In this document: positions 1 to 8,964 of the stretch, in pieces
Position numbering within the stretch: the first letter of the stretch is position 1
How the letters are laid out: each line of letters begins with the position of its first letter
Virus record (IMG/VR): IMGVR_UViG_2974506496_000001
Coordinates: 1 to 64,000 of that record
DNA: 64,000 nt
DNA from: a virus
Lineage: Duplodnaviria; Caudoviricetes
Strand: one strand, 5' to 3'
Made by a program: the position numbers and the translations under genes
The notes under the pieces: generated by a model
Told to the model about the DNA's origin: nothing
Database searches by the model: none
Seen by the model: the letters and a program-made list of their open reading frames with translations, nothing else

Positions 1-996
1 ATGGCACATGATCATCAATTCAACGAAGCCTCAGACAGAGGGCTATTCGATTATGATGCTGACTGTAAAGTAAGTTACTTTATTAAGTCCGCACTCAAGA
101 CTCCGTTATTCATTCGACAGCGTACCGGATTGGATAATATCATCCCACCGAAGTTTTATGGTGGCGGGGTCATGGATCAGGTGGAAATCATGCTAGAGTT
201 TCAGATCAAGGAGCATGTATTTCTCGACATTAACAGTAAATCAATTGAGGAGCTACCACCCGAGTACGCCGTGATTGCCAAGGCAATTAATGTAATAAAA
301 GAAAAGCGTGTACGTGAACATGGCAACTATTATGTTGGTCGTGTTGTGTATACCTTTACCAGCGAATATTTTGAGCGCTGTAATGGTCAGTTCTATTTCT
401 CTGTGTTGGATATGGTCTTCTCCGTAAATAGCCCAGATGAGACAGACGAACACCCGTATTGCATTAATGTGTTACAGCAAACCATGGCCGCGAAATTAAA
501 GGACGATTATGCCGGCTTAGTGACCTATGCAGTTAAGCTGGTAGATTCGCAGACGCGACTAGGCCCAAAGTACATCAACATCGCTGGTGATGTCTTTGAA
601 GTCACACCCACCGAAGGGCAAGGGACCGAATCAGCTGACGGCCTCTATCTCATTGGTGATGCACCGATCCGCAGAGGGAAGAAAGAATCTACTGGGCGTA
701 CACGATTTACGCCACTCGACTCGATACTACAAAGCCCTGAGAAGTATGGATTATTTTCTACTATTGGGGAAGCAAAGCATCGGGGAGATAAACAGTTGGA
801 TGCGGCATTTAATGCATTAGACGCAGCTAACGCGAAGGAACGGAAAGCGCAGCAGAAGATCGCTCAGCTGGAGACTCAGCTGGAAGGGTTTAAAGCAAAA
901 GAGAAACAGGACAATGGACTGGTTCTCAACAAAGGGATAACGGAGCTCATCAAACTTATTACTGCCACTATAGGCATTGTTAAACTCTTGAGGTAA
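1..996 (+). CDS. Conserved jumbo-phage protein upstream of nvRNAP beta-N, with C-terminal coiled coil and hydrophobic tail
   Basis: 331-aa ORF abutting the RNAP gene; AANAKERKAQQKIAQLETQLE coiled coil; position fits recalled phiKZ-like synteny. Confidence 0.6.
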   Translation: MAHDHQFNEASDRGLFDYDADCKVSYFIKSALKTPLFIRQRTGLDNIIPPKFYGGGVMDQVEIMLEFQIKEHVFLDINSKSIEELPPEYAVIAKAINVIKEKRVREHGNYYVGRVVYTFTSEYFERCNGQFYFSVLDMVFSVNSPDETDEHPYCINVLQQTMAAKLKDDYAGLVTYAVKLVDSQTRLGPKYINIAGDVFEVTPTEGQGTESADGLYLIGDAPIRRGKKESTGRTRFTPLDSILQSPEKYGLFSTIGEAKHRGDKQLDAAFNALDAANAKERKAQQKIAQLETQLEGFKAKEKQDNGLVLNKGITELIKLITATIGIVKLLR

Positions 997-1000
997 CTCA

Positions 1001-2689
1001 ATGGACCCGTTGCTCGAAACAGCTATAAAAAATACCATACCAAAAATGAATCCAGATATCTCTAATGGATTTGTAAAGCGAGAGCTAGACAAAGCACTTG
1101 AATATCTCAACAACGTCTTTGCCAGCGCCTTTGGTAGTTTGGGTTCCAACATTAAGTACATCGGGTATCAGCGTTGTCGTCCCGATGAAGAGTACCGTTT
1201 CAGTTTAAAGCGTAATGGCGGAGCAACAGCTTCGAAGGCACGTTATGAGCTGGCCCGGTCGGATGTGTTTCTCACCAAGTTCAACTTCACGGTCGATGGA
1301 AAAGCAACCAAGCCATTGCTGCTCTATGTACCGTACTGTGATGACACTGGACTGATGCACCTGCGTGGGACAGCACACACCATCTCGCCTGTCTTGGAAG
1401 ATCCAGGGATCTCTGTGACACGGGATGGTTGTTTCTTTCGCGTGACCTGTGACAAGATCGTGGTGAAACGTACTGGCCATACGGTCTGTCGTGACATCAT
1501 GGACATCACACAAAAGCGTAAACGTGTGCAGAAGCACATCAACGTGCCGTGGGCGAAGATCTACCGTGCTAAGCAACAGAAAGCGAACTCAGCGAAGACC
1601 GCACCGGTTACCTCGCTGCCGCACTATCTGTTTGCGAAGTATGGCGTCACGCACACCTTTAAGAAGTATGCCGGTATGGATGTGGTGTTCGGGACTGAGT
1701 TGGATATCACACCTCAGAACTACCCTGACAATGAGTGGACACGGTTCTATTCCGCTAAACAAACCCATCCTAACAACAAGCGTCCGTCCCAAGAGTGGGT
1801 GCCAACGGCTGCAGCGTTAGCTGTCAGAACCACCGCACCGTCTCAGTTGGTGGATATCTTGGTAGCTGGCTACTTCTATGTCGCTGACTGTTATACCCAT
1901 GAATTCAATCCGATTCACTCTGATGAGCCAGATCATTGGCGTCTGATGATGGGTAAGATGGTCTTTAACAAGACGGTCAAGTATGTGCAGATGACAGAAT
2001 ACCTGGCACCGCACTTTGCCTCACTTGATACGTACCTGGACGACATCGCCAAAGAGAACCTGGCCGAAGAAGGGGTGTTGTGTGAAGACGTGTATGAGCT
2101 GATGACTTACATCATTGCGAACCTGGATCACATGATCAACACTGTGAACCTGGCTAGCATGTACAACAAGAAACTCGTTGTATTGCCGTATGTGTTATCA
2201 CCGATCATTCACGGGATCTTCTATACCAAGTTTAACCTGATGCAACAATGCAAGAAGCGTGCTGTTGATACCACCACTGGTGAAGAGATCATGGTGTTCA
2301 CGGAAGACACGTTATTTGATGTTCTTGGACGTAACCTGAAGCCGGAAGCGATTAACAAAGTGAAAGGGCCAGACCATGGCATGATTAGCTCTGTTGCAGC
2401 CCCAGGCGACAATAAGATGTTTAAGATAAATAACAAGATTACACTACAGCAAAATGCAACGCAATCAGGTGGGCGTCGTAATGAATCACCGATGACCGAT
2501 GATTCGAAAGGACTGGATGTCAGTATTGCAGACTGTGCATCGTATCTCCACATTACGAAACCCGATCCGACTGGCCGCTCTTTATTTAACCCCTTTAAGT
2601 TATTGGTACGTGATAAACTGCTTCCGTCCGTTAAATATGAAAAACTGTTTAGCGTAACGCAGGCGATTATCTATCGTCGCAATATTTAG
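1001..2689 (+). CDS. Non-virion RNA polymerase beta subunit, N-terminal part (phiKZ gp123-like)
   Basis: 562 aa; beta-N-like LYVPY..GLMHLRG..ISPVL segment, terminal SYLHITKPDPTGRSLFNPF; GAGG RBS; synteny. Confidence 0.8.
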   Translation: MDPLLETAIKNTIPKMNPDISNGFVKRELDKALEYLNNVFASAFGSLGSNIKYIGYQRCRPDEEYRFSLKRNGGATASKARYELARSDVFLTKFNFTVDGKATKPLLLYVPYCDDTGLMHLRGTAHTISPVLEDPGISVTRDGCFFRVTCDKIVVKRTGHTVCRDIMDITQKRKRVQKHINVPWAKIYRAKQQKANSAKTAPVTSLPHYLFAKYGVTHTFKKYAGMDVVFGTELDITPQNYPDNEWTRFYSAKQTHPNNKRPSQEWVPTAAALAVRTTAPSQLVDILVAGYFYVADCYTHEFNPIHSDEPDHWRLMMGKMVFNKTVKYVQMTEYLAPHFASLDTYLDDIAKENLAEEGVLCEDVYELMTYIIANLDHMINTVNLASMYNKKLVVLPYVLSPIIHGIFYTKFNLMQQCKKRAVDTTTGEEIMVFTEDTLFDVLGRNLKPEAINKVKGPDHGMISSVAAPGDNKMFKINNKITLQQNATQSGGRRNESPMTDDSKGLDVSIADCASYLHITKPDPTGRSLFNPFKLLVRDKLLPSVKYEKLFSVTQAIIYRRNI

Positions 2690-2701
2690 TGAGCCTACAT
2701 C

Positions 2702-2878
2702 ATGAAACAGAACGCTGAGATCGATTCGTCTATTATTTCTACCGGTAATATCTTCCAGGCACACAAACCAGCCCCAGTTGGTCGTTGTGATCTGTCGGGT
2801 GAATCACAGAAACGCTCACAGAGCATGACAGAAGAAGATAAGGCGGCAGTAGCCAAACGTTTTGGTTTGACTAAATAA
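2702..2878 (+). CDS. Small 58-aa hypothetical protein (MKQNAEIDSS...RFGLTK), absent from ORF track
   Basis: Manually translated ORF filling the gap between two co-directional genes. Confidence 0.55.
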   Translation: MKQNAEIDSSIISTGNIFQAHKPAPVGRCDLSGESQKRSQSMTEEDKAAVAKRFGLTK

Positions 2879-2925
2879 TTAACTTTTTGTAAGCAGATTG
2901 TTTTAGTCTGCAAAAGGAAACCGTT

Positions 2926-5409
2926 ATGAGCAATATGTACCCACCGCAGATGATGATGGCCCAAGGAGGGTTGTATCCTCAGCAAGGGATGTATCCGCAG
3001 CAGCAGATGATGCAACCCCCAATGATGATGCAGCAACAAGCTCCACAAATCGATAAGCAAGCTTTAGCACAGGCTTTTGCAAAGTTTATCGATCAGGCGG
3101 CCACGCAGAACCAGAACCAGCTGACTGCCTATATCCACATGCGTTACACACAGAACCAGTATCAGAACCAGCAGTTCCAAACTGCGGTGAACACGGTGCT
3201 GGCGATGTACATGTTGGCGCTGCAGACAGCCCCTGGTATGCCACCGCATCAACTGCAGGGTCAAGCGGTGGTTGATGCATACGAAATCCACGCCATTCTG
3301 GAGTTGCAGCAGAACCCCCAGATGGTGCAGGCTTTGGCGCCGAATATCATTCAGGCGCTTGTGCAGAACATCCCGCGCTTACAGCAGCAGTTAAATCAAA
3401 GCTTCCCGCAGCTGCAGTTGCAAGTACCACAGCTTAATGTTCCGGGTTATCAGCTGCAGAATACCATGCAGCCGCAGCAGCACATGTTGCCTGGTTATAA
3501 TGCCATGATGCCACCGATGCAGGGTTATGCACCGGTACCGCAGCAGGGGATGTATCAGAACAGCATGATGCCTGGTCAGCCGTACAATGGTTATAACGCG
3601 CAGACTAATGATAACCTTGGCATGAGTGATGCCCGTGCTCAGTTACCTGCACCGCCAGCCGATGGTAAGTATTACGGTCCAGCGAGCATCGGTAACAACA
3701 CCGACAACAAACCAGCCAACACCGTGCAGCCTATTGCGGTCGCCGGCTTTGAAGTCAGTGAAGCGCGTGTACCAATGCATGCGGTGGGTGTGCTGGAAGA
3801 GTACAGCACACCTAACCTGCAACAAGCGATGCAACAGCAGCAAGACATACCAATGCCGAGTAACATCGACTTTGACAGTGTGATGTCGCTGGAAGAGGAA
3901 GAGAACGAAGAACCGATGTTCAACATCCCGATGGCGGATGAAGAGCAACTGGTGCTGAATGCGGGTACAGATGCTAGCACAGATGACGAACCGTATCAGA
4001 GTCCGTTCCCGTCATTCTCTCAGATCTTCGGTCAGCCTGCCTCAGGTGCTAACATCAGTGCAGCAGCAGAAGCGGCGATGACACCACCTCCTGCTGAAGC
4101 GTTACTGTCTCAGCCGGTTGCAAACAAACCGACGGTGGTGGTAACCAAAGCTGCTGAAGTGTCACCAGACGGTCTGCCAGATGGCTGGATGTTCACTGAG
4201 TCGCTGGAAGCCGGTGAGTTCCTGAAGCTGATCCGTGCTGCTAAACGCAATCGTAAGAATCCACTGCCGATTCATTACGACCGTACTTTCATGACCCGCT
4301 TGTATCGCTATAACCAAGATGGTGCGATTGAGCAACGTATCGTAGGAGAAACCATGGACAGACTTCGTCACGACCTATCCTCACTGGACGAGGTAGATAA
4401 CCAAGGGGCACGTGAGCAAGCAGCACTGTTCGCGCCACTGACCACTGCTACTATTGATGAAGTCAATAAGGTAGTGAAGGAAGCAGAGAAAGACAGCGGG
4501 AAAGTGACTGAGAAGCTGAAAGAGAAAGACATCGTCGTTCTTAGCAAGCCAGTGACTGTATCGTGCCGTCAAGAAGCGGCTATCCTGGTGGCAGCCAAAG
4601 CTGGCGAGATTCAGAAACTCAACAGCAACAAACACGGTTATGAGTACTACTACCGTGAAGCGATGGTGCTGCAAACCACCAAGAACGTGGCAGCGTTGTT
4701 GGAGAACCCAACTGTCAAAGCGTTGTCTCAGCGTTCACAGGTGAACAACCTGGTTGAGCTGGCAGAAGCAATCCGTGCAGCGCGTGCAGAAGGTGCGTTA
4801 AGTCCACAGGCACTGACCAAGCTGACTGACCACATGATGGAAGTGTTTAACGACATGCTCACTCATGATTACGGTTATGCGGGCGAACTGGTGTTGACCG
4901 GTAGCGATGAAGACGGTAACAAAACCCAGCTGGAAGATGAGCTGATGGACTTCGTGGTCTACATGGACAGTAATGAAGATCATCGTGAAGTGCTCGATCT
5001 GATTCATAAGCGTTGGATTCCGCTGCGTGAGCGTCTGTGCATTATCTTAACGGATGGTGCCTTAACCTCTGCACAACGTATTCTGGCCAAACGTTACGGT
5101 TCAGACGATGACATGGATGCGATGGTTGATGCGACCAGTAACATGCTGATTGCAATGACCTCGGTTAGCGTAACCAACCTCAACAAAACCAGCCGTGAGC
5201 TGAAGCTTGATGACAAGGACCGTATCTTCGCTGTAAACGCGTCTGACAGCCCGTATCTGTACAGTGTGTTGAAAGGTATCACCGAGCGCACTAAACAGCA
5301 CACATCGCGTTACACGAAGCATCGCGTGGTAACTGCAGATGGTCGCTTCCTGAACTTCCGTCTCGGCGGATTAGGAGACGGCAGTGTCTTCATTGCCAAC
5401 TTTGAGTAA
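2926..5409 (+). CDS. Conserved protein with Gln/Pro/Met-rich low-complexity N-terminus and acidic linker
   Basis: 827 aa; MYPQQ/QQMMQ repeats; AAGGA RBS; synteny after RNAP beta-N. Confidence 0.7.
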   Translation: MSNMYPPQMMMAQGGLYPQQGMYPQQQMMQPPMMMQQQAPQIDKQALAQAFAKFIDQAATQNQNQLTAYIHMRYTQNQYQNQQFQTAVNTVLAMYMLALQTAPGMPPHQLQGQAVVDAYEIHAILELQQNPQMVQALAPNIIQALVQNIPRLQQQLNQSFPQLQLQVPQLNVPGYQLQNTMQPQQHMLPGYNAMMPPMQGYAPVPQQGMYQNSMMPGQPYNGYNAQTNDNLGMSDARAQLPAPPADGKYYGPASIGNNTDNKPANTVQPIAVAGFEVSEARVPMHAVGVLEEYSTPNLQQAMQQQQDIPMPSNIDFDSVMSLEEEENEEPMFNIPMADEEQLVLNAGTDASTDDEPYQSPFPSFSQIFGQPASGANISAAAEAAMTPPPAEALLSQPVANKPTVVVTKAAEVSPDGLPDGWMFTESLEAGEFLKLIRAAKRNRKNPLPIHYDRTFMTRLYRYNQDGAIEQRIVGETMDRLRHDLSSLDEVDNQGAREQAALFAPLTTATIDEVNKVVKEAEKDSGKVTEKLKEKDIVVLSKPVTVSCRQEAAILVAAKAGEIQKLNSNKHGYEYYYREAMVLQTTKNVAALLENPTVKALSQRSQVNNLVELAEAIRAARAEGALSPQALTKLTDHMMEVFNDMLTHDYGYAGELVLTGSDEDGNKTQLEDELMDFVVYMDSNEDHREVLDLIHKRWIPLRERLCIILTDGALTSAQRILAKRYGSDDDMDAMVDATSNMLIAMTSVSVTNLNKTSRELKLDDKDRIFAVNASDSPYLYSVLKGITERTKQHTSRYTKHRVVTADGRFLNFRLGGLGDGSVFIANFE

Positions 5410-5418
5410 CCCATAACA

Positions 5419-5445
5419 GGAGAGCTTCGGCTCTCCTTTATGCCG
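5419..5445 (+). terminator. Hairpin-TTATGCCG element
   Basis: GGAGAGC-TTCG-GCTCTCC followed by TTTATGCCG, 9 nt after a stop codon. Confidence 0.75.
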
Positions 5446-5681
5446 GCCAGGTTTTCCACCCATCTCCTCTATCGGACAACAGATATAGATAGCGTCTGAT
5501 CAACGTCATTGATTACACCTTATTCTACGACCCCAACGTAACCTGTCGACATTCATAAGGGAATGCCACACCGTTGTTTATGCCTGTTCTTATAAAAGAA
5601 GCGACCAAGCAAAAGACCAATAATCCGCAAGCCTTCTTTAAACTAAACCTGTTCTCTTTTCTTATTAATCTGGAGTGTTGT

Positions 5682-6014
5682 ATGGATTTCTCATTTCTAC
5701 TTGATCAAAACCCGTTGAGCTATTACAAAAACGAGTTACCGGCCTTAGTCCGTGAACTTAATCGCTCGATGGAAGATGATGCCCGTGTTTCCTGTGAAGA
5801 CGCACTGAATGCGCTGGTGCATCTCTTTGCAACACCGGGCGAGCTCATCAGCCTTACTATTCAGCGCCACTGTAGCATCGCTGAGCAGAAGCTTCGCTAT
5901 ACGGCAAAGTTCATCAATGACACAGTGGCTACAGTCGAAGGACCTGAGCCAATGGATCTGCGCTATGTGCTAGGGACTGCAGTATTTAACGCCATCACCA
6001 TTCCTATCAAATAA
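5682..6014 (+). CDS. Hypothetical protein (110 aa; start moved from 5574)
   Basis: TGGAG RBS before ATG 5682. Confidence 0.6.
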   Translation: MDFSFLLDQNPLSYYKNELPALVRELNRSMEDDARVSCEDALNALVHLFATPGELISLTIQRHCSIAEQKLRYTAKFINDTVATVEGPEPMDLRYVLGTAVFNAITIPIK

Positions 6015-6016
6015 AT

Positions 6017-6056
6017 CGGCATAAGAGGAGAGGCATTTGCCTCTCCTCTGTTATGC
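6017..6056. terminator. Bidirectional hairpin-TTATGC element between convergent genes
   Basis: CGGCATAA-GAGGAGAGGC-ATTT-GCCTCTCCTC-TG-TTATGC, then an 11-T run. Confidence 0.8.
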
Positions 6057-6076
6057 TACTTCTTTTTTTTTTTGGT

Positions 6077-8932
6077 TTAGAACGTGAACTTCGGGTTTTT
6101 CGAGTCGTCGTCGTTGAAGTCGTCATCCGTCGGATCTTCAAGACTCGGATCAGCGGCATCATCATCCGGATTAGTGGTATCGTCCGGGTTCTGTGTGTCA
6201 TCCGGGTTCTGTTCATCTACCGGAGGTTCGTCACCATCGGTCGGTGGTGTCGGCATGGCAAACGGGTCAGCTTCACCCTCATCCGGTGCGGCATTCGGAT
6301 TAGCGGCAGTATCACCCAGCTGCTCATCTTCCTTCAGCTTATCGTATTTACTCTGCAGCTTCTCTTCGACTTTCTTCTTATCTTTCAGATACGTGAGAAT
6401 GCCTTCCCAGACATTTTCGTTATAGCTGATGATTTCAGAAAGCAGGGCAGCGGTAGCGTTAGTGTCTTCACCCAGATCATTCAGGATTGCGTATTGCTGC
6501 GCATTACCGGAATCATCCATCCACTTACGCATGTACATTGCCACCAGAGACTGACGCCAGGTTTCCAGATCCTCTTCAGAACCATCCAGGAACTTGCCCA
6601 CCACGGCATCTGGGAAGCGGTCATTGATGACAGCCTCGGTGTGTTCACGACGTGTCTGGTAGGCACGGGTGATCTCTTCCAGGTCGGTGGTTTCAGGTTC
6701 AGGTAGGGTGACGATGATTGAGTTAATGAAGTTGGTCAGCAAACGGGCTGCAATCGCACCTTCATCCTTAGCAACATCCGGGTTATTGGCTTTGAAGTCC
6801 TCAAACATCTTCTTGCCTTTAGCCGAAGACGGACTCCAGAGCTTCTTGTTGTTATGAATGATGTCGTACAACTCATTCATCAAGTTACCGGACTTGGCGG
6901 TCAGTTTACGCACCAGGTCAGAGGCATGACCACACACCACACGTTGTGACACGGTGATCTCTTGCGAGTACAGCGCATCGTTGTTGATGTGTTCGATGGC
7001 AAACTTAATGTCGTTCTGCGACGAGATGAGTTCAGGACGAATCCCCCACATCTGTGACAAGAACTCCATCAAGCGGTCATTCCACTCTGGATCAGGTGGA
7101 GTGATGTCACGCTTGCCGTGAGAGATATCTGCATCAATCGACGGGTAGTGATCGTTACCACTGGTCTTTACAATCACGCTGGCACTGTCAAGGATGTTAC
7201 ACACATCACGCGGGTTCTTGGCACCGATGATCGAGGAGAGACCAAGGGTGGAGTTCAAGTGCGTGGTGATCACATCTTCGATGGTGTTTTCTGGCTCTGG
7301 GTCATCCTCATCCAGCGGGATGTTCAGGGTGGTGATGTTCACCGAGTTCGCGACGTTAGCAAGCGTAGTCGCAATGATGTTGGTCATCGCCATCGACGCA
7401 TACAGACGTGAGCGGTCTAACAGAGAACGACCAATACCAAACCGGTTGTAGTCGAAAGCGAAGTAGGTCATCGCTTCTTCTGGCAGGTACAGGATACGGG
7501 TCTGCAGGTTACGGCAAGTACGGGCAAACATGATACGCATGACTTCGTTGGTTAACCCTACGGTCATGGTCTGGCCATAAGTGCCATTAGCCAGGCGCTG
7601 CACCAGATCTTTCTCCACTTCTTCGACATACTTGTTGTAGAAGGCAGACGTATCAAAGGTACATTTATTACCCGACTTCATCTCCGCAGCCATGGCAATG
7701 ATGCCTTTGGTGCTGTCGATGGCGCTGTTGGTATCCTGACGGTTCTTCATCTGATCTTGATAGAACTGATCATTCTGCGCCGTACGCACTGGGTTGCCGT
7801 GTTCATCCAACAGAACGAAGTAGCCAACGCGGTGTTTAAAGTCACCCGGGACGTGCACCGGGATCACACACTCTGAAGGCAGGTGCATCAGTAATGGCTG
7901 GCCAACGTTTTCTTTAGACAGCTCGTCGTCACGTCCAACCGTGATGTTATTGGTCGCTACGTAATCACGCTGTTTAAAGAGGTCGTTGTAGACATTGCTG
8001 TACTGCTCATCTGTTAACACCGGTGTCTGGGCAACTTTGCTGTCTTTGTCCTTACCGCCTTTTGCTTTCGCCCCACCTTTGTCTTCCAGTGCCTCCATAC
8101 CGGCACGGCGCAGACCTAACGGGATACGGTTCTTCTTCGACAGGTTGTGTCGCGCTAACGCCAGCTTAAAGCGCGGCAGACTTAACACCGCGTCGTTATC
8201 GGTGATGGTCAGCCCCAACTCATTTTTATTATCACCATTCAGATGGTGCATGGTCATAATAGGCGTTTCGCCACTCATCAACGATTCGAGTGACGCGGTC
8301 ATCAGCATATTAGAACTACCTGGGTTACCCAGATAGCCACGAGAGCGGAACTGTTGGGAGTGTGCGTCGTAGTCATCAGCAATCGCTTCCATACCAGAGC
8401 CACGGGTATAGCCGTTAATCACGTTATCCAGTGACGACTGGGAAAGCACTGCCCAGGCTGAAGAACCGGTCTTAAATAACATGTCCGGAACGATGTCAGC
8501 AAGTTTGTCAGTAATTTTATAGTTCTTTTCTATGTACTCCCGCACTGCGCTGATCAAAAGACTGTTAAGCTCTGTGTTCTTACCCTCATACGCTTCTGTG
8601 GTATAAGTCAGGGAGACCGTGCGTAAGTTACGCGGAGAGAGAATAGACGCCGTAAGGATCTTACACGCCTTTAAGGCTCCGGGTACACTTTCCATCAATT
8701 CGGTATTCGAGTCGATACTGGTACTGGTCAGTTTGGAGATGTTTTGGAGCATCCCTGCAGAAGGACCACCATCCCGGTTGGAACGTCCTGTACGTTTGGA
8801 CGTATCCCGCGGTTTGTTGTCCTTCGGAACCAGTATGTCAATGATCGCTTTTGTCGCAGGATCTTTATTGAGTAAATTCAGTTTTGGCGTAGCAGCACGG
8901 CTGTTACCTGCCAAGCGATTCGATTCGGCCAT
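6077..8932 (-). CDS. Putative portal protein (phiKZ gp129-like)
   Basis: About 950 aa; PSECVIPVHVPG..HRVGYFVLLDEHGNP motif and acidic tail; AAGGAG RBS before ATG 8932; divergent from a baseplate-like gene as recalled for phiKZ-like phages. Confidence 0.7.
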   Translation of the reverse strand: MAESNRLAGNSRAATPKLNLLNKDPATKAIIDILVPKDNKPRDTSKRTGRSNRDGGPSAGMLQNISKLTSTSIDSNTELMESVPGALKACKILTASILSPRNLRTVSLTYTTEAYEGKNTELNSLLISAVREYIEKNYKITDKLADIVPDMLFKTGSSAWAVLSQSSLDNVINGYTRGSGMEAIADDYDAHSQQFRSRGYLGNPGSSNMLMTASLESLMSGETPIMTMHHLNGDNKNELGLTITDNDAVLSLPRFKLALARHNLSKKNRIPLGLRRAGMEALEDKGGAKAKGGKDKDSKVAQTPVLTDEQYSNVYNDLFKQRDYVATNNITVGRDDELSKENVGQPLLMHLPSECVIPVHVPGDFKHRVGYFVLLDEHGNPVRTAQNDQFYQDQMKNRQDTNSAIDSTKGIIAMAAEMKSGNKCTFDTSAFYNKYVEEVEKDLVQRLANGTYGQTMTVGLTNEVMRIMFARTCRNLQTRILYLPEEAMTYFAFDYNRFGIGRSLLDRSRLYASMAMTNIIATTLANVANSVNITTLNIPLDEDDPEPENTIEDVITTHLNSTLGLSSIIGAKNPRDVCNILDSASVIVKTSGNDHYPSIDADISHGKRDITPPDPEWNDRLMEFLSQMWGIRPELISSQNDIKFAIEHINNDALYSQEITVSQRVVCGHASDLVRKLTAKSGNLMNELYDIIHNNKKLWSPSSAKGKKMFEDFKANNPDVAKDEGAIAARLLTNFINSIIVTLPEPETTDLEEITRAYQTRREHTEAVINDRFPDAVVGKFLDGSEEDLETWRQSLVAMYMRKWMDDSGNAQQYAILNDLGEDTNATAALLSEIISYNENVWEGILTYLKDKKKVEEKLQSKYDKLKEDEQLGDTAANPNAAPDEGEADPFAMPTPPTDGDEPPVDEQNPDDTQNPDDTTNPDDDAADPSLEDPTDDDFNDDDSKNPKFTF

Positions 8933-8964
8933 TTTAAAGAGGCTCCTTGCAGTGGGAGAATAGC

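Noticed and set aside
6053-6706. 217-aa plus-strand ORF and other ORFs antisense to the portal gene
   Set aside because: Shadow frames of the acidic, repetitive portal tail; no RBS or recognisable motifs.
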